Origin: Balanoglossus misakiensis
Lineage: Eukaryota > Animalia > Hemichordata
Length of the DNA: 64,000 nt
NCBI GenBank assembly: GCA_040954595.2
Contig: CM082584.2
Location: 1,536,281-1,600,280 of the forward strand
Reading direction: 5' to 3'
Positions 1 to 15,000 of the stretch are shown here, one piece after another. The translations under genes and the position numbers were made by a program. The notes under the pieces are model-generated. The model was not told the DNA's origin, made no database searches, and saw only the letters and a program-made list of their open reading frames with translations. Each line of letters starts with the position of its first letter. Within the stretch, counting starts at the first letter, position 1.

Positions 1-3000
1 TTTTGAGATTTTGCAGTCGAAAATTTGTAATTTTTTGATGATTTTCCCCCATGATTTTTTTCAAAAATCGACGAAATTTTGAGATTTTGCAAAGTCGAAA
101 ATTTGTCATTTTTTGATGATTTTCACCCATGATTTTCTTCAAAAATCGACGAAATTTTGAGATTTTGCAAAGTCGAAAATTTGTCATTTTTTGATGATTT
201 TCACCCATGATTTTTTTCAAAAATCGACGAAATTTTGAGATTTTGCAAAGTCGAAAATTTGTCATTTTTTGATGGTTTTCACCCATGATTTTTTTTCAAA
301 AATCGACGAAATTTTGAGATTTTGCAAAGTCGAAAATGTGTCATTTTTTGACGATTTTCACCCGTTTTTTTTTCAAAATTTGTCATTTTTTCATGATTTT
401 CACCCATGATTTTTTTCAAAAATCGACGAAATTTTGAGATTTTGCAAAGTCGAAAATTTGTCATTTTTTGATGATTTTCACCCATGATTTTTTTCAAAAA
501 TCGACGAAATTTTGAGATTTTGCAAAGTCGAAAATGTGTCATTTTTTGATGATTTTCACCCATGTTTTTTTTTTAAAATCGACGAACCTATGATTTTTTT
601 CAAAATAGACGAAATTTTGTGATTTTGCAAAGTCGAAAATTTTGTCATTTTTTGATGATTTTCAACCATGATTTTTTTTCAAAAATCGACGAAATTTTGA
701 GATTTTGCAAAATCGTAAATTTGTCATTTTTTGATGATTTTCCCCCAATGGTTTTTTTCAAAATCGACGAAATTTTGAGATTTTGCAAAGTCGAAAATTT
801 GTCATTTTTTGATGATTTTCCCCCATGATTTTTTTTCAAAAATGGACGAAATTTTGAGATTTTGCAAAGACGAAAATTTGTCATTTTTTGATGATTTTCA
901 CCCATGATTTTTTTTCAAAAATCGACGAAATTTTGAGATTTTGCAAAGTCGAAAATGTGTCATTTTTTGATGATTTTCACCCGTTTTTTTTCAAAATTTG
1001 TCATTTTTTGATGATTTTCACCCATGATTTTTTTTCAAAATCGACGAAATTTTGAGATTTTGCAAAGTCGAAAATGTGTCATTTTTTGATGATTTTCACC
1101 CATGATTTTTTTCAAAAATCGACGAAATTTTGAGATTTTGCAAAGAGGAAAATTTGTCATTTTTTTCATGATTTTCCCCCATGATTTTTTTCAAAAATCG
1201 ACGAAATTTTGAGATTTTGCAAAGTCGAAAATTTGTCATTTTTTGATGATTTTCACCCATGTCTTTTTTCAAAAATCGAACAAATTTTGAGATTTTGCAA
1301 AGTCGAAAATTTGTCATTTTTTGATGATTTTCACCCATGATTTTCTTCAAAAATCGACGAAATTTTGAGATTTTGCAAAGTCGAAAATTTGTCATTTTTT
1401 GATGATTTTCACCTATGATTTTTTCAAAATTGACGAAATTTTGAAATTTTGCAGTCGAAAATTTGTCATTTTTTGATCATTTTCCCCCATGATTTTTTTC
1501 AAAAATCGACGAAAATTTGAGATTTTGCAAAGTCGAAAATTTGTCATTTTTTGATGATTTTCACCCATGATTTTTTTCAAAATTGACGAAATTTTGAGAT
1601 TTTGCAAAGTCAAAAATTTGTCATTTTTTGATGATTTTCAACAATTTTTTTTTAAAAATCGACGAAAATTTGAGATTTTTCAGTCAAAAATTTGTCATTT
1701 TTTGATGATTTTCTCCCATGATTTTTTTCAAAAATCGACGAAATTTTGAGATTTTGCAAAGTTGAAAATTTTTCAAAAATCGACGAAATTTATAGATTTT
1801 GCAAAGAGGAAAATTTGTCATTTTTTGATGATTTTCACCCATGATTTTTTTCAAAATTGACGAAATTTTGAGTTTTTGCAGTCGAAAATTTGTCATTTTT
1901 TGATCATTTTCCCCATGATTTTTTTCAAAAATCGACGAAATTTTGAGATTTTGCAAAGTCGAAAATTTGTCATTTTTTGATGATTTTCACCCTTGATTTT
2001 CTTCAAAAATCGACGAAATTTTGAGATTTTGCAAAGTCGAAAATTTATCATTTTTTGATGATTTTCACCCATGATTTTTTTCAAAAATCGATGAAATTTT
2101 GAGATTTTGCAGTAAAAAAATTGTCATTTTTTGATGATTTTCACCCATGATTTTTTTCAAAATTGACGAAATTTTGAGATTTTGCAGTCGAAAATTTGTC
2201 ATTTTTTGATCATTTTCCCCCATGATTTTTTTCAAAAATCGACGAAATTTTCAGATTTTGCAAAGTCGAAAATTTGTCATTTTTTCATGATTTTCACCCA
2301 TGATTTTTTCAAAAATCGACGAAATTTTGAGATTTTGCAGTCGAAAATTTGTAATTTTTTGATGATTTTCCCCCATGATTTTTTTCAAAAATCGACGAAA
2401 TTTTGAGATTTTGCAAAGTCGAAAATTTGTCATTTTTTCATGATTTTCACCCATGATTTTTTCAAAAATCGATGAAATTTTGAGATTGTGCAAAGTCAAA
2501 AATTTGTCATTTTTTGATGATTTTCACCCATGATTTTTTTTCACAAATCGACGAAATTTTGAGATTTTGTAGTCGTAAATTTGTCATTTTTGATGATTTT
2601 CCCCCATGATTTTTTTCAAAAATCAACGAAATTTTGAGATTTTGCAAAGTCGAAAATTTGTCATTTTTAGATGATTTTCACCCGTCTTTTTTCAAAAAAT
2701 CGACGAAATTTTGAGATTTTGCAAAAAGGAAAATTTGTCAATTTTTGATAATTTTCAACAATGATTTATTTCAAAAATCGACGAAATTTTGAGATTTTGC
2801 AGTCGAAAATTTGTCATTTTTTGATGATTTTCCCCCATGATTTTTTTCAAAAATCGACGAAATTTTGAGATTTTGCAAAGTTGAAAATTTTTCAAAAATC
2901 GACGAAATTTATAGATTTTGCAAAGAGGAAAATTTGTCATTTTTTGATGATTTTCACCCATGATTTTTTTCAAAATTGACGAAATTTTGAGTTTTTGCAG

Positions 3001-6000
3001 TCGAAAATTTGTCATTTTTTGATCATTTTCCCCATGATTTTTTTCAAAAATCGACGAAATTTTGAGATTTTGCAAAGTCGAAAATTTGTCATTTTTTGAT
3101 GATTTTCACCCTTGATTTTCTTCAAAAATCGACGAAATTTTGAGATTTTGCAAAGTCGAAAATTTATCATTTTTTGATGATTTTCACCCATGATTTTTTT
3201 CAAAAATCGATGAAATTTTGAGATTTTGCAGTAAAAAAATTGTCATTTTTTGATGATTTTCACCCATGATTTTTTTCAAAATTGACGAAATTTTGAGATT
3301 TTGCAGTCGAAAATTTGTCATTTTTTGATCATTTTCCCCCATGATTTTTTTCAAAAATCGACGAAATTTTCAGATTTTGCAAAGTCGAAAATTTGTCATT
3401 TTTTCATGATTTTCACCCATGATTTTTTCAAAAATCGACGAAATTTTGAGATTTTGCAGTCGAAAATTTGTAATTTTTTGATGATTTTCCCCCATGATTT
3501 TTTTCAAAAATCGACGAAATTTTGAGATTTTGCAAAGTCGAAAATTTGTCATTTTTTGATGATTTTCACCCATGATTTTCTTCAAAAATCGACGAAATTT
3601 TGAGATTTTGCAAAGTCGAAAATTTGTCATTTTTTGATGATTTTCACCCATGATTTTTTTCAAAAATCGACGAAATTTTGAGATTTTGCAAAGTCGAAAA
3701 TTTGTCATTTTTTGATGGTTTTCACCCATGATTTTTTTTCAAAAATCGACGAAATTTTGAGATTTTGCAAAGTCGAAAATGTGTCATTTTTTGACGATTT
3801 TCACCCGTTTTTTTTTCAAAATTTGTCATTTTTTCATGATTTTCACCCATGATTTTTTTCAAAAATCGACGAAATTTTGAGATTTTGCAAAGTCGAAAAT
3901 TTGTCATTTTTTGATGATTTTCACCCATGATTTTTTTCAAAAATCGACGAAATTTTGAGATTTTGCAAAGTCGAAAATGTGTCATTTTTTGATGATTTTC
4001 ACCCATGTTTTTTTTTTAAAATCGACGAACCTATGATTTTTTTCAAAATAGACGAAATTTTGTGATTTTGCAAAGTCGAAAATTTTGTCATTTTTTGATG
4101 ATTTTCAACCATGATTTTTTTTCAAAAATCGACGAAATTTTGAGATTTTGCAAAATCGTAAATTTGTCATTTTTTGATGATTTTCCCCCAATGGTTTTTT
4201 TCAAAATCGACGAAATTTTGAGATTTTGCAAAGTCGAAAATTTGTCATTTTTTGATGATTTTCCCCCATGATTTTTTTTCAAAAATGGACGAAATTTTGA
4301 GATTTTGCAAAGACGAAAATTTGTCATTTTTTGATGATTTTCACCCATGATTTTTTTTCAAAAATCGACGAAATTTTGAGATTTTGCAAAGTCGAAAATG
4401 TGTCATTTTTTGATGATTTTCACCCGTTTTTTTTCAAAATTTGTCATTTTTTGATGATTTTCACCCATGATTTTTTTTCAAAATCGACGAAATTTTGAGA
4501 TTTTGCAAAGTCGAAAATGTGTCATTTTTTGATGATTTTCACCCATGATTTTTTTCAAAAATCGACGAAATTTTGAGATTTTGCAAAGAGGAAAATTTGT
4601 CATTTTTTTCATGATTTTCCCCCATGATTTTTTTCAAAAATCGACGAAATTTTGAGATTTTGCAAAGTCGAAAATTTGTCATTTTTTGATGATTTTCACC
4701 CATGTCTTTTTTCAAAAATCGAACAAATTTTGAGATTTTGCAAAGTCGAAAATTTGTCATTTTTTGATGATTTTCACCCATGATTTTCTTCAAAAATCGA
4801 CGAAATTTTGAGATTTTGCAAAGTCGAAAATTTGTCATTTTTTGATGATTTTCACCTATGATTTTTTCAAAATTGACGAAATTTTGAAATTTTGCAGTCG
4901 AAAATTTGTCATTTTTTGATCATTTTCCCCCATGATTTTTTTCAAAAATCGACGAAAATTTGAGATTTTGCAAAGTCGAAAATTTGTCATTTTTTGATGA
5001 TTTTCACCCATGATTTTTTTCAAAATTGACGAAATTTTGAGATTTTGCAAAGTCAAAAATTTGTCATTTTTTGATGATTTTCAACAATTTTTTTTTAAAA
5101 ATCGACGAAAATTTGAGATTTTTCAGTCAAAAATTTGTCATTTTTTGATGATTTTCTCCCATGATTTTTTTCAAAAATCGACGAAATTTTGAGATTTTGC
5201 AAAGTTGAAAATTTTTCAAAAATCGACGAAATTTATAGATTTTGCAAAGAGGAAAATTTGTCATTTTTTGATGATTTTCACCCATGATTTTTTTCAAAAT
5301 TGACGAAATTTTGAGTTTTTGCAGTCGAAAATTTGTCATTTTTTGATCATTTTCCCCATGATTTTTTTCAAAAATCGACGAAATTTTGAGATTTTGCAAA
5401 GTCGAAAATTTGTCATTTTTTGATGATTTTCACCCTTGATTTTCTTCAAAAATCGACGAAATTTTGAGATTTTGCAAAGTCGAAAATTTATCATTTTTTG
5501 ATGATTTTCACCCATGATTTTTTTCAAAAATCGATGAAATTTTGAGATTTTGCAGTAAAAAAATTGTCATTTTTTGATGATTTTCACCCATGATTTTTTT
5601 CAAAATTGACGAAATTTTGAGATTTTGCAGTCGAAAATTTGTCATTTTTTGATCATTTTCCCCCATGATTTTTTTCAAAAATCGACGAAATTTTCAGATT
5701 TTGCAAAGTCGAAAATTTGTCATTTTTTCATGATTTTCACCCATGATTTTTTCAAAAATCGACGAAATTTTGAGATTTTGCAGTCGAAAATTTGTAATTT
5801 TTTGATGATTTTCCCCCATGATTTTTTTCAAAAATCGACGAAATTTTGAGATTTTGCAAAGTCGAAAATTTGTCATTTTTTGATGATTTTCACCCATGAT
5901 TTTTTTCAAAAATCGACGAAATTTTGAGATTTTGCAAAGAGGAAAATTTGTCATTTTTTCATTATTTTCCCCCATGATTTTTTTCAAAAATCGACGAAAT

Positions 6001-9000
6001 TTTGAGATTTTGCAAAGTCGAAAATTTTGTCATTTTTTGATGATTTTCAACCATGATTTTTTTTCAAAAATCGACGAAAATTTGAGATTTTGCAAAGTCG
6101 AAAATGTGTCATTTTTTGATGATTTTCACCCGTTTTTTTTTCAAAATTTGTCATTTTTTGATGATTTTTAACCATGATTTTTTTCAAAAATGGACGAAAT
6201 TTTGAGATTTTGCAAAGTCGAAAATTTGTTATTTTTTGATGATTTTCACCCATGTCTTTTTTTAAAAATCGACGAAATTTTGAGATTTTGCAAAGAGGAA
6301 AATTTGTCATTTTTTTCATGATTTTCCCCCATGATTTTTTTCAAAAATCGACGAAATTTTGAGATTTTGCAAAGTCGAAAATTTGTCATTTTTTGATGAT
6401 TTTCACCCATGATTTTTTTTTCAGAAATGGACGAAATTTTGAGATTTTGCAAAGACGAAAATGTGTCATTTTTTGATGATTTTCACCCGTTTTTTTTTCA
6501 AAATTTGTCATTTTTTGATGATTTTTACCCATGATTTTTTTTCAAAAATGGACGAAATTTTGAGATTTTGCAAAGTCGAAAATTTGTTATTTTTTGATGA
6601 TTTTCACCCATGTCTTTTTTTAAAAATCGACGAAATTTTGAGATTTTGCAAAGAGGAAAATTTGTCATTTTTTTCATGATTTTCCCCCATGATTTTTTTC
6701 AAAAATCGACGAAATTTTGAGATTTTGCAAAGTCGAAAATTTGTCATTTTTTGATGATTTTCACCCATGTCTTTTTTTCAAAAATCGAAAAAATTTTGAG
6801 ATTTTGCAAAGTCGAAAATTTGTCATTTTTTGATGATTTTCACCCATGATTTTCTTCAAAAATCGACGAAATTTTGAGATTTTGCAAAGTCGAAAATTTG
6901 TCATTTTTTGATGATTTTCACCTATGATTTTTTCAAAATTGACGAAATTTTGAAATTTTGCAGTCGAAAATTTGTCATTTTTTGATCATTTTCCCCCATG
7001 ATTTTTTTCAAAAATCGACGAAAATTTGAGATTTTGCAAAGTCGAAAATTTGTCATTTTTTGATGATTTTCACCCATGATTTTTTTCAAAATTGACGAAA
7101 TTTTGAGATTTTGCAAAGTCAAAAATTTGTCATTTTTTGATGATTTTCAACAATTTTTTTTAAAAAATCGACGAAAATTTGAGATTTTTCAGTCAAAAAT
7201 TTGTCATTTTTTGATGATTTTCTCCCATGATTTTTTTCAAAAATCGACGAAATTTTGAGATTTTGCAAAGTTGAAAATTTTTCAAAAATCGACGAAATTT
7301 ATAGATTTTGCAAAGAGGAAAATTTGTCATTTTTTGATGATTTTCACCCATGATTTTTTTCAAAATTGACGAAATTTTGAGTTTTTGCAGTCGAAAATTT
7401 GTCATTTTTTGATCATTTTCCCCATGATTTTTTTCAAAAATCGACGAAATTTTGAGATTTTGCAAAGTCGAAAATGTGTCATTTTTTGATGATTTTCACC
7501 CGTTTTTTTTTCAAAATTTGTCATTTTTTGATGATTTTTACCCATGATTTTTTTTCAAAAATGGACGAAATTTTGAGATTTTGCAAAGTCGAAAATTTAT
7601 CATTTTTTGATGATTTTCACCCATGATTTTTTTCAAAAATCGATGAAATTTTGAGATTTTGCAGTAAAAAAATTGTCATTTTTTGATGATTTTCACCCAT
7701 GATTTTTTTCAAAATTGACGAAATTTTGAGATTTTGCAGTCGAAAATTTGTCATTTTTTGATCATTTTCCCCCATGATTTTTTTCAAAAATCGACGAAAT
7801 TTTCAGATTTTGCAAAGTCGAAAATTTGTCATTTTTTCATGATTTTCACCCATGATTTTTTCAAAAATCGACGAAATTTTGAGATTTTGCAGTCGAAAAT
7901 TTGTAATTTTTTGATGATTTTCCCCCATGATTTTTTTCAAAAATCGACGAAATTTTGAGATTTTGCAAAGTCGAAAATTTGTCATTTTTTGATGATTTTC
8001 ACCCATGATTTTCTTCAAAAATCGACGAAATTTTGAGATTTTGCAAAGTCGAAAATTTGTCATTTTTTGATGATTTTCACCCATGATTTTTTTCAAAAAT
8101 CGACGAAATTTTGAGATTTTGCAAAGTCGAAAATTTGTCATTTTTTGATGGTTTTCACCCATGATTTTTTTTCAAAAATCGACGAAATTTTGAGATTTTG
8201 CAAAGTCGAAAATGTGTCATTTTTTGACGATTTTCACCCGTTTTTTTTTCAAAATTTGTCATTTTTTCATGATTTTCACCCATGATTTTTTTCAAAAATC
8301 GACGAAATTTAGAGATTTTGCAAAGTCGAAAATTTGTCATTTTTTGATGATTTTCACCCATGATTTTTTTCAAAAATCGACGAAATTTTGAGATTTTGCA
8401 AAGTCGAAAATGTGTCATTTTTTGATGATTTTCACCAATGTTTTTTTTTTAAAATCGACGAACCTATGATTTTTTTCAAAATAGACGAAATTTTGTGATT
8501 TTGCAAAGTCGAAAATTTTGTCATTTTTTGATGATTTTCAACCATGATTTTTTTTCAAAAATCGACGAAATTTTGAGATTTTGCAAAATCGTAAATTTGT
8601 CATTTTTTGATGATTTTCCCCCAATGGTTTTTTTCAAAATCGACGAAATTTTGAGATTTTGCAAAGTCGAAAATTTGTCATTTTTTGATGATTTTCCCCC
8701 ATGATTTTTTTTCAAAAATGGACGAAATTTTGAGATTTTGCAAAGACGAAAATTTGTCATTTTTTGATGATTTTCACCCATGATTTTTTTTCAAAAATCG
8801 ACGAAATTTTGAGATTTTGCAAAGTCGAAAATGTGTCATTTTTTGATGATTTTCACCCGTTTTTTTTCAAAATTTGTCATTTTTTGATGATTTTCACCCA
8901 TGATTTTTTTTCAAAATCGACGAAATTTTGAGATTTTGCAAAGTCGAAAATGTGTCATTTTTTGATGATTTTCACCCATGATTTTTTTCAAAAATCGACG

Positions 9001-12000
9001 AAATTTTGAGATTTTGCAAAGTCGAAAATGTGTCATTTTTTGATGATTTTCACCCATGATTTTTTTCAAAAATCGACGAAATTTTGAGATTTTGCGAAGT
9101 CGAAAATTTGTCATTTTTTGATGATTTTCACCCATGATTTTTTTCAAAAATCGACGAAATGTTGAGATTTTGCAAAGTCGAAAATTTGTCATTTTTTGAT
9201 GATTTTCACCCATGATTTTTTTCAAAAATCGACGAAATGTTGAGATTTTGCAAAGTCGAAAATTTTGTCATTTTTTGATGATTTTCAACCATGATTTTTT
9301 TCAAAAATCGACTAAATGTTGAGATTTTGCAAAGTCGAAAATGTGTCATTTTTTGATGATTTTCACCCGTTTTTTTTTCAAAATTTGTCATTTTTTCATG
9401 ATTTTCACCCATGATTTTTTTCAAAAATCGACGAAATTTTGTGATTTTTCAAAGTCGAAAATTTTGTCATTTTTTGATGATTTTCAACCATGATTTTTTT
9501 TCAAAAATCGACGAAATTTTGTGATTTTACAAAGTCGAAAATTTTGTCATTTTTTGATGATTTTCACCCTTGATTTTCTTCAAAAATCGACGAAATTTTG
9601 AGATTTTGCAAAGTCGAAAATTTATCATTTTTTGATGATTTTCACCCATGATTTTTTTCAAAAATCGATGAAATTTTGAGATTTTGCAGTAAAAAAATTG
9701 TCATTTTTTGATGATTTTCACCCATGATTTTTTTCAAAATTGACGAAATTTTGAGATTTTGCAGTCGAAAATTTGTCATTTTTTGATCATTTTCCCCCAT
9801 GATTTTTTTCAAAAATCGACGAAATTTTCAGATTTTGCAAAGTCGAAAATTTGTCATTTTTTCATGATTTTCACCCATGATTTTTTCAAAAATCGACGAA
9901 ATTTTGAGATTTTGCAGTCGAAAATTTGTAATTTTTTGATGATTTTCCCCCATGATTTTTTTCAAAAATCGACGAAATTTTGAGATTTTGCAAAGTCGAA
10001 AATTTGTCATTTTTTGATGATTTTCACCCATGATTTTCTTCAAAAATCGACGAAATTTTGAGATTTTGCAAAGTCGAAAATGTGTCATTTTTTGATGATT
10101 TTCACCCGTTTTTTTTCAAAATTTGTCATTTTTTGATGATTTTCACCCATGATTTTTTTTCAAAAATCGACGAAATTTTGAGATTTTGCAAAGTCGAAAA
10201 TGTGTCATTTTTTGATGATTTTCACCCATGATTTTTTTCAAAAATCGACGAAATTTTGAGATTTTGCGAAGTCGAAAATTTGTCATTTTTTGATGATTTT
10301 CACCCATGATTTTTTTCAAAAATCGACGAAATGTTGAGATTTTGCAAAGTCGAAAATTTGTCATTTTTTGATGATTTTCACCCATGATTTTTTTCAAAAA
10401 TCGACGAAATGTTGAGATTTTGCAAAGTCGAAAATTTTGTCATTTTTTGATGATTTTCAACCATGATTTTTTTCAAAAATCGACTAAATGTTGAGATTTT
10501 GCAAAGTCGAAAATGTGTCATTTTTTGATGATTTTCACCCGTTTTTTTTTCAAAATTTGTCATTTTTTCATGATTTTCACCCATGATTTTTTTCAAAAAT
10601 CGACGAAATTTTGTGATTTTTCAAAGTCGAAAATTTTGTCATTTTTTGATGATTTTCAACCATGATTTTTTTTCAAAAATCGACGAAATTTTGTGATTTT
10701 ACAAAGTCGAAAATTTTGTCATTTTTTGATGATTTTCACCCTTGATTTTCTTCAAAAATCGACGAAATTTTGAGATTTTGCAAAGTCGAAAATTTATCAT
10801 TTTTTGATGATTTTCACCCATGATTTTTTTCAAAAATCGATGAAATTTTGAGATTTTGCAGTAAAAAAATTGTCATTTTTTGATGATTTTCACCCATGAT
10901 TTTTTTCAAAATTGACGAAATTTCGAGATTTTGCAGTCGAAAATTTGTCATTTTTTGATCATTTTCCCCCATGATTTTTTTCAAAAATCGACGAAATTTT
11001 CAGATTTTGCAAAGTCGAAAATTTGTCATTTTTTCATGATTTTCACCCATGATTTTTTCAAAAATCGACGAAATTTTGAGATTTTGCAGTCGAAAATTTG
11101 TAATTTTTTGATGATTTTCCCCCATGATTTTTTTCAAAAATCGACGAAATTTTGAGATTTTGCAAAGTCGAAAATTTGTCATTTTTTGATGATTTTCACC
11201 CATGATTTTCTTCAAAAATCGACGAAATTTTGAGATTTTGCAAAGTCGAAAATGTGTCATTTTTTGATGATTTTCACCCGTTTTTTTTCAAAATTTGTCA
11301 TTTTTTGATGATTTTCACCCATGATTTTTTTTCAAAAATCGACGAAATTTTGAGATTTTGCAAAGTCGAAAATGTGTCATTTTTTGATGATTTTCACCCA
11401 TGATTTTTTTCAAAAATCGACGAAATTTTGAGATTTTGCGAAGTCGAAAATTTGTCATTTTTTGATGATTTTCACCAATGATTTTTTTCAAAAATCGACG
11501 AAATGTTGAGATTTTGCAAAGTCGAAAATTTGTCATTTTTTGATGATTTTCACCCATGATTTTTTTCAAAAATCGACGAAATGTTGAGATTTTGCAAAGT
11601 CGAAAATTTTGTCATTTTTTGATGATTTTCAACCATGATTTTTTTCAAAAATCGACTAAATGTTGAGATTTTGCAAAGTCGAAAATGTGTCATTTTTTGA
11701 TGATTTTCACCCGGTTTTTTTTCAAAATTTGTCATTTTTTCATGATTTTCACCCATGATTTTTTTCAAAAATCGACGAAATTTTGTGATTTTTCAAAGTC
11801 GAAAATTTTGTCATTTTTTGATGATTTTCAACCATGATTTTTTTTCAAAAATCGACGAAATTTTGTGATTTTACAAAGTCGAAAATTTTGTCATTTTTTG
11901 ATGATTTTCACCCTTGATTTTCTTCAAAAATCGACGAAATTTTGAGATTTTGCAAAGTCGAAAATTTATCATTTTTTGATGATTTTCACCCATGATTTTT

Positions 12001-15000
12001 TTCAAAAATCGATGAAATTTTGAGATTTTGCAGTAAAAAAATTGTCATTTTTTGATGATTTTCACCCATGATTTTTTTCAAAATTGACGAAATTTTGAGA
12101 TTTTGCAGTCGAAAATTTGTCATTTTTTGATCATTTTCCCCCATGATTTTTTTCAAAAATCGACGAAATTTTCAGATTTTGCAAAGTCGAAAATTTGTCA
12201 TTTTTTCATGATTTTCACCCATGATTTTTTCAAAAATCGACGAAATTTTGAGATTTTGCAGTCGAAAATTTGTAATTTTTTGATGATTTTCCCCCATGAT
12301 TTTTTTCAAAAATCGACGAAATTTTGAGATTTTGCAAAGTCGAAAATTTGTCATTTTTTGATGATTTTCACCCATGATTTTCTTCAAAAATCGACGAAAT
12401 TTTGAGATTTTGCAAAGTCGAAAATTTGTCATTTTTTGATGGTTTTCACCCATGATTTTTTTTCAAAAATCGACGAAATTTTGAGATTTTGCAAAGTCGA
12501 AAATGTGTCATTTTTTGACGATTTTCACCCGTTTTTTTTTCAAAATTTGTCATTTTTTCATGATTTTCACCCATGATTTTTTTCAAAAATCGACGAAATT
12601 TTGAGATTTTGCAAAGTCGAAAATTTGTCATTTTTTGATGATTTTCACCCATGATTTTTTTCAAAAATCGACGAAATGTTGAGATTTTGCAAAGTCGAAA
12701 ATGTGTCATTTTTTGATGATTTTCACCCATGTTTTTTTTTTAAAATCGACGAACCTATGATTTTTTTCAAAATAGACGAAATTTTGTGATTTTGCAAAGT
12801 CGAAAATTTTGTCATTTTTTGATGATTTTCAACCATGATTTTTTTTCAAAAATCGACGAAATTTTGAGATTTTGCAAAATCGAAAATTTGTCATTTTTTG
12901 ATGATTTTCCCCCAATGGTTTTTTTCAAAATCGACGAAATTTTGAGATTTTGCAAAGTCGAAAATTTGTCATTTTTTGATGATTTTCCCCCATGATTTTT
13001 TTTCAAAAATGGACGAAATTTTGAGATTTTGCAAAGACGAAAATTTGTCATTTTTTGATGATTTTCACCCATGATTTTTTTTCAAAAATCGACGAAATTT
13101 TGAGATTTTGCAAAGTCGAAAATGTGTCATTTTTTGATGATTTTCACCCGTTTTTTTTCAAAATTTGTCATTTTTTGATGATTTTCACCCATGATTTTTT
13201 TTCAAAAATCGACGAAATTTTGAGATTTTGCAAAGTCGAAAATGTGTCATTTTTTGATGATTTTCACCCATGATTTTTTTCAAAAATCGACGAAATTTTG
13301 AGATTTTGCGAAGTCGAAAATTTGTCATTTTTTGATGATTTTCACCCATGATTTTTTTCAAAAATCGACGAAATGTTGAGATTTTGCAAAGTCGAAAATT
13401 TGTCATTTTTTGATGATTTTCACCCATGATTTTTTTCAAAAATCGACGAAATGTTGAGATTTTGCAAAGTCGAAAATTTTGTCATTTTTTGATGATTTTC
13501 AACCATGATTTTTTTCAAAAATCGACTAAATGTTGAGATTTTGCAAAGTCGAAAATGTGTCATTTTTTGATGATTTTCACCCGTTTTTTTTTCAAAATTT
13601 GTCATTTTTTCATGATTTTCACCCATGATTTTTTTCAAAAATCGACGAAATTTTGTGATTTTGCAAAGTCGAAAATTTTGTCATTTTTTGATGATTTTCA
13701 ACCATGATTTTTTTTCAAAAATCGACGAAATTTTGTCATTTTACAAAGTCGAAAATTTTGTCATTTTTTGATGATTTTCAACCATGATTTTTTTTCAAAA
13801 ATCGACGAAAATTTGAGATTTTGCAAAGACGAAAATTTGTCATTTTTGATGATTTTTACCCATGATTTTTTTTCAAAAATGGACGAAATTTTGAGATTTT
13901 GCAAAGACGAAAATTTGTCATTTTTTGATGATTTTCACCCATGATTTTTTTTCAAAAATCGACGAAATTTTGAGATTTTGCAAAGTCGTAAATGTGTCAT
14001 TTTTTGATGATTTTCACCAGTTTTTTTTTTCAAAATTTGTCATTTTTTCATGATTTTCCCCCATGATTTTTTTCAAAAATCGACGAAATTTTGAGATTTT
14101 GCAAAGTCGACGAAAATGTGTCATTTTTTGATGATTTTCAACCGTTTTTTTTCAAAATTTGTCATTTTTTGATGATTTTCACCCATGTTTTTTTTTTAAA
14201 AAATCGACGAACCTATGATTTTTTTCAAAATCGACGAAATTTTGTGATTTTACAAAGTCGAAAATTTTGTCATTTTTTGATGATTTTCAACCATGATTTT
14301 TTTTCAAAAATCGACGAAAATTTGAGATTTTGCAAAGACGAAAATTTGTCATTTTTGATGATTTTTACCCATTTTTTTTCAAAAATGGACGAAATTTTGA
14401 GATTTTGCAAAGACGAAAATTTGTCATTTTTTGATGATTTTCACCCATGATTTTTTTTTCACAAATCGACGTAATTTTGAGATTTTGTAGTCGTAAATTT
14501 GTCATTTTTGATGATTTTCCCCCATGATTTTTTTCAAAAATCAACGAAATTTTGAGATTTTGCAAAGTCGAAAATTTGTCATTTTTAGATGATTTTCACC
14601 CGTCTTTTTTCAAAAAATCGACGAAATTTTGAGATTTTGCAAAGAGGAAAATTTGTCAATTTTTGATAATTTTCAACAATGATTTATTTCAAAAATCGAC
14701 GAAATTTTGAGATTTTGCAGTCGAAAATTTGTCATTTTTTGATGATTTTCCCCCATGATTTTTTTTCAAAAATCGACGACATTTTGAGATTTTGCAAAGT
14801 TTAAAATTTTTCAAAAATCGACGAAATTTATAGATTTTGCAAAGAGGAAAATTTGTCATTTTTTGATGATTTTCACCCATGATTTTTTCAAAAATGGACG
14901 AAATGTTGAGATTTTGCAAAGACGAAAATTTGTCATTTTTTGATGATTTTCACCCATGATTTTTTTCAAAAATTGACGAAATTTTGAGATTTTGCAAAGT

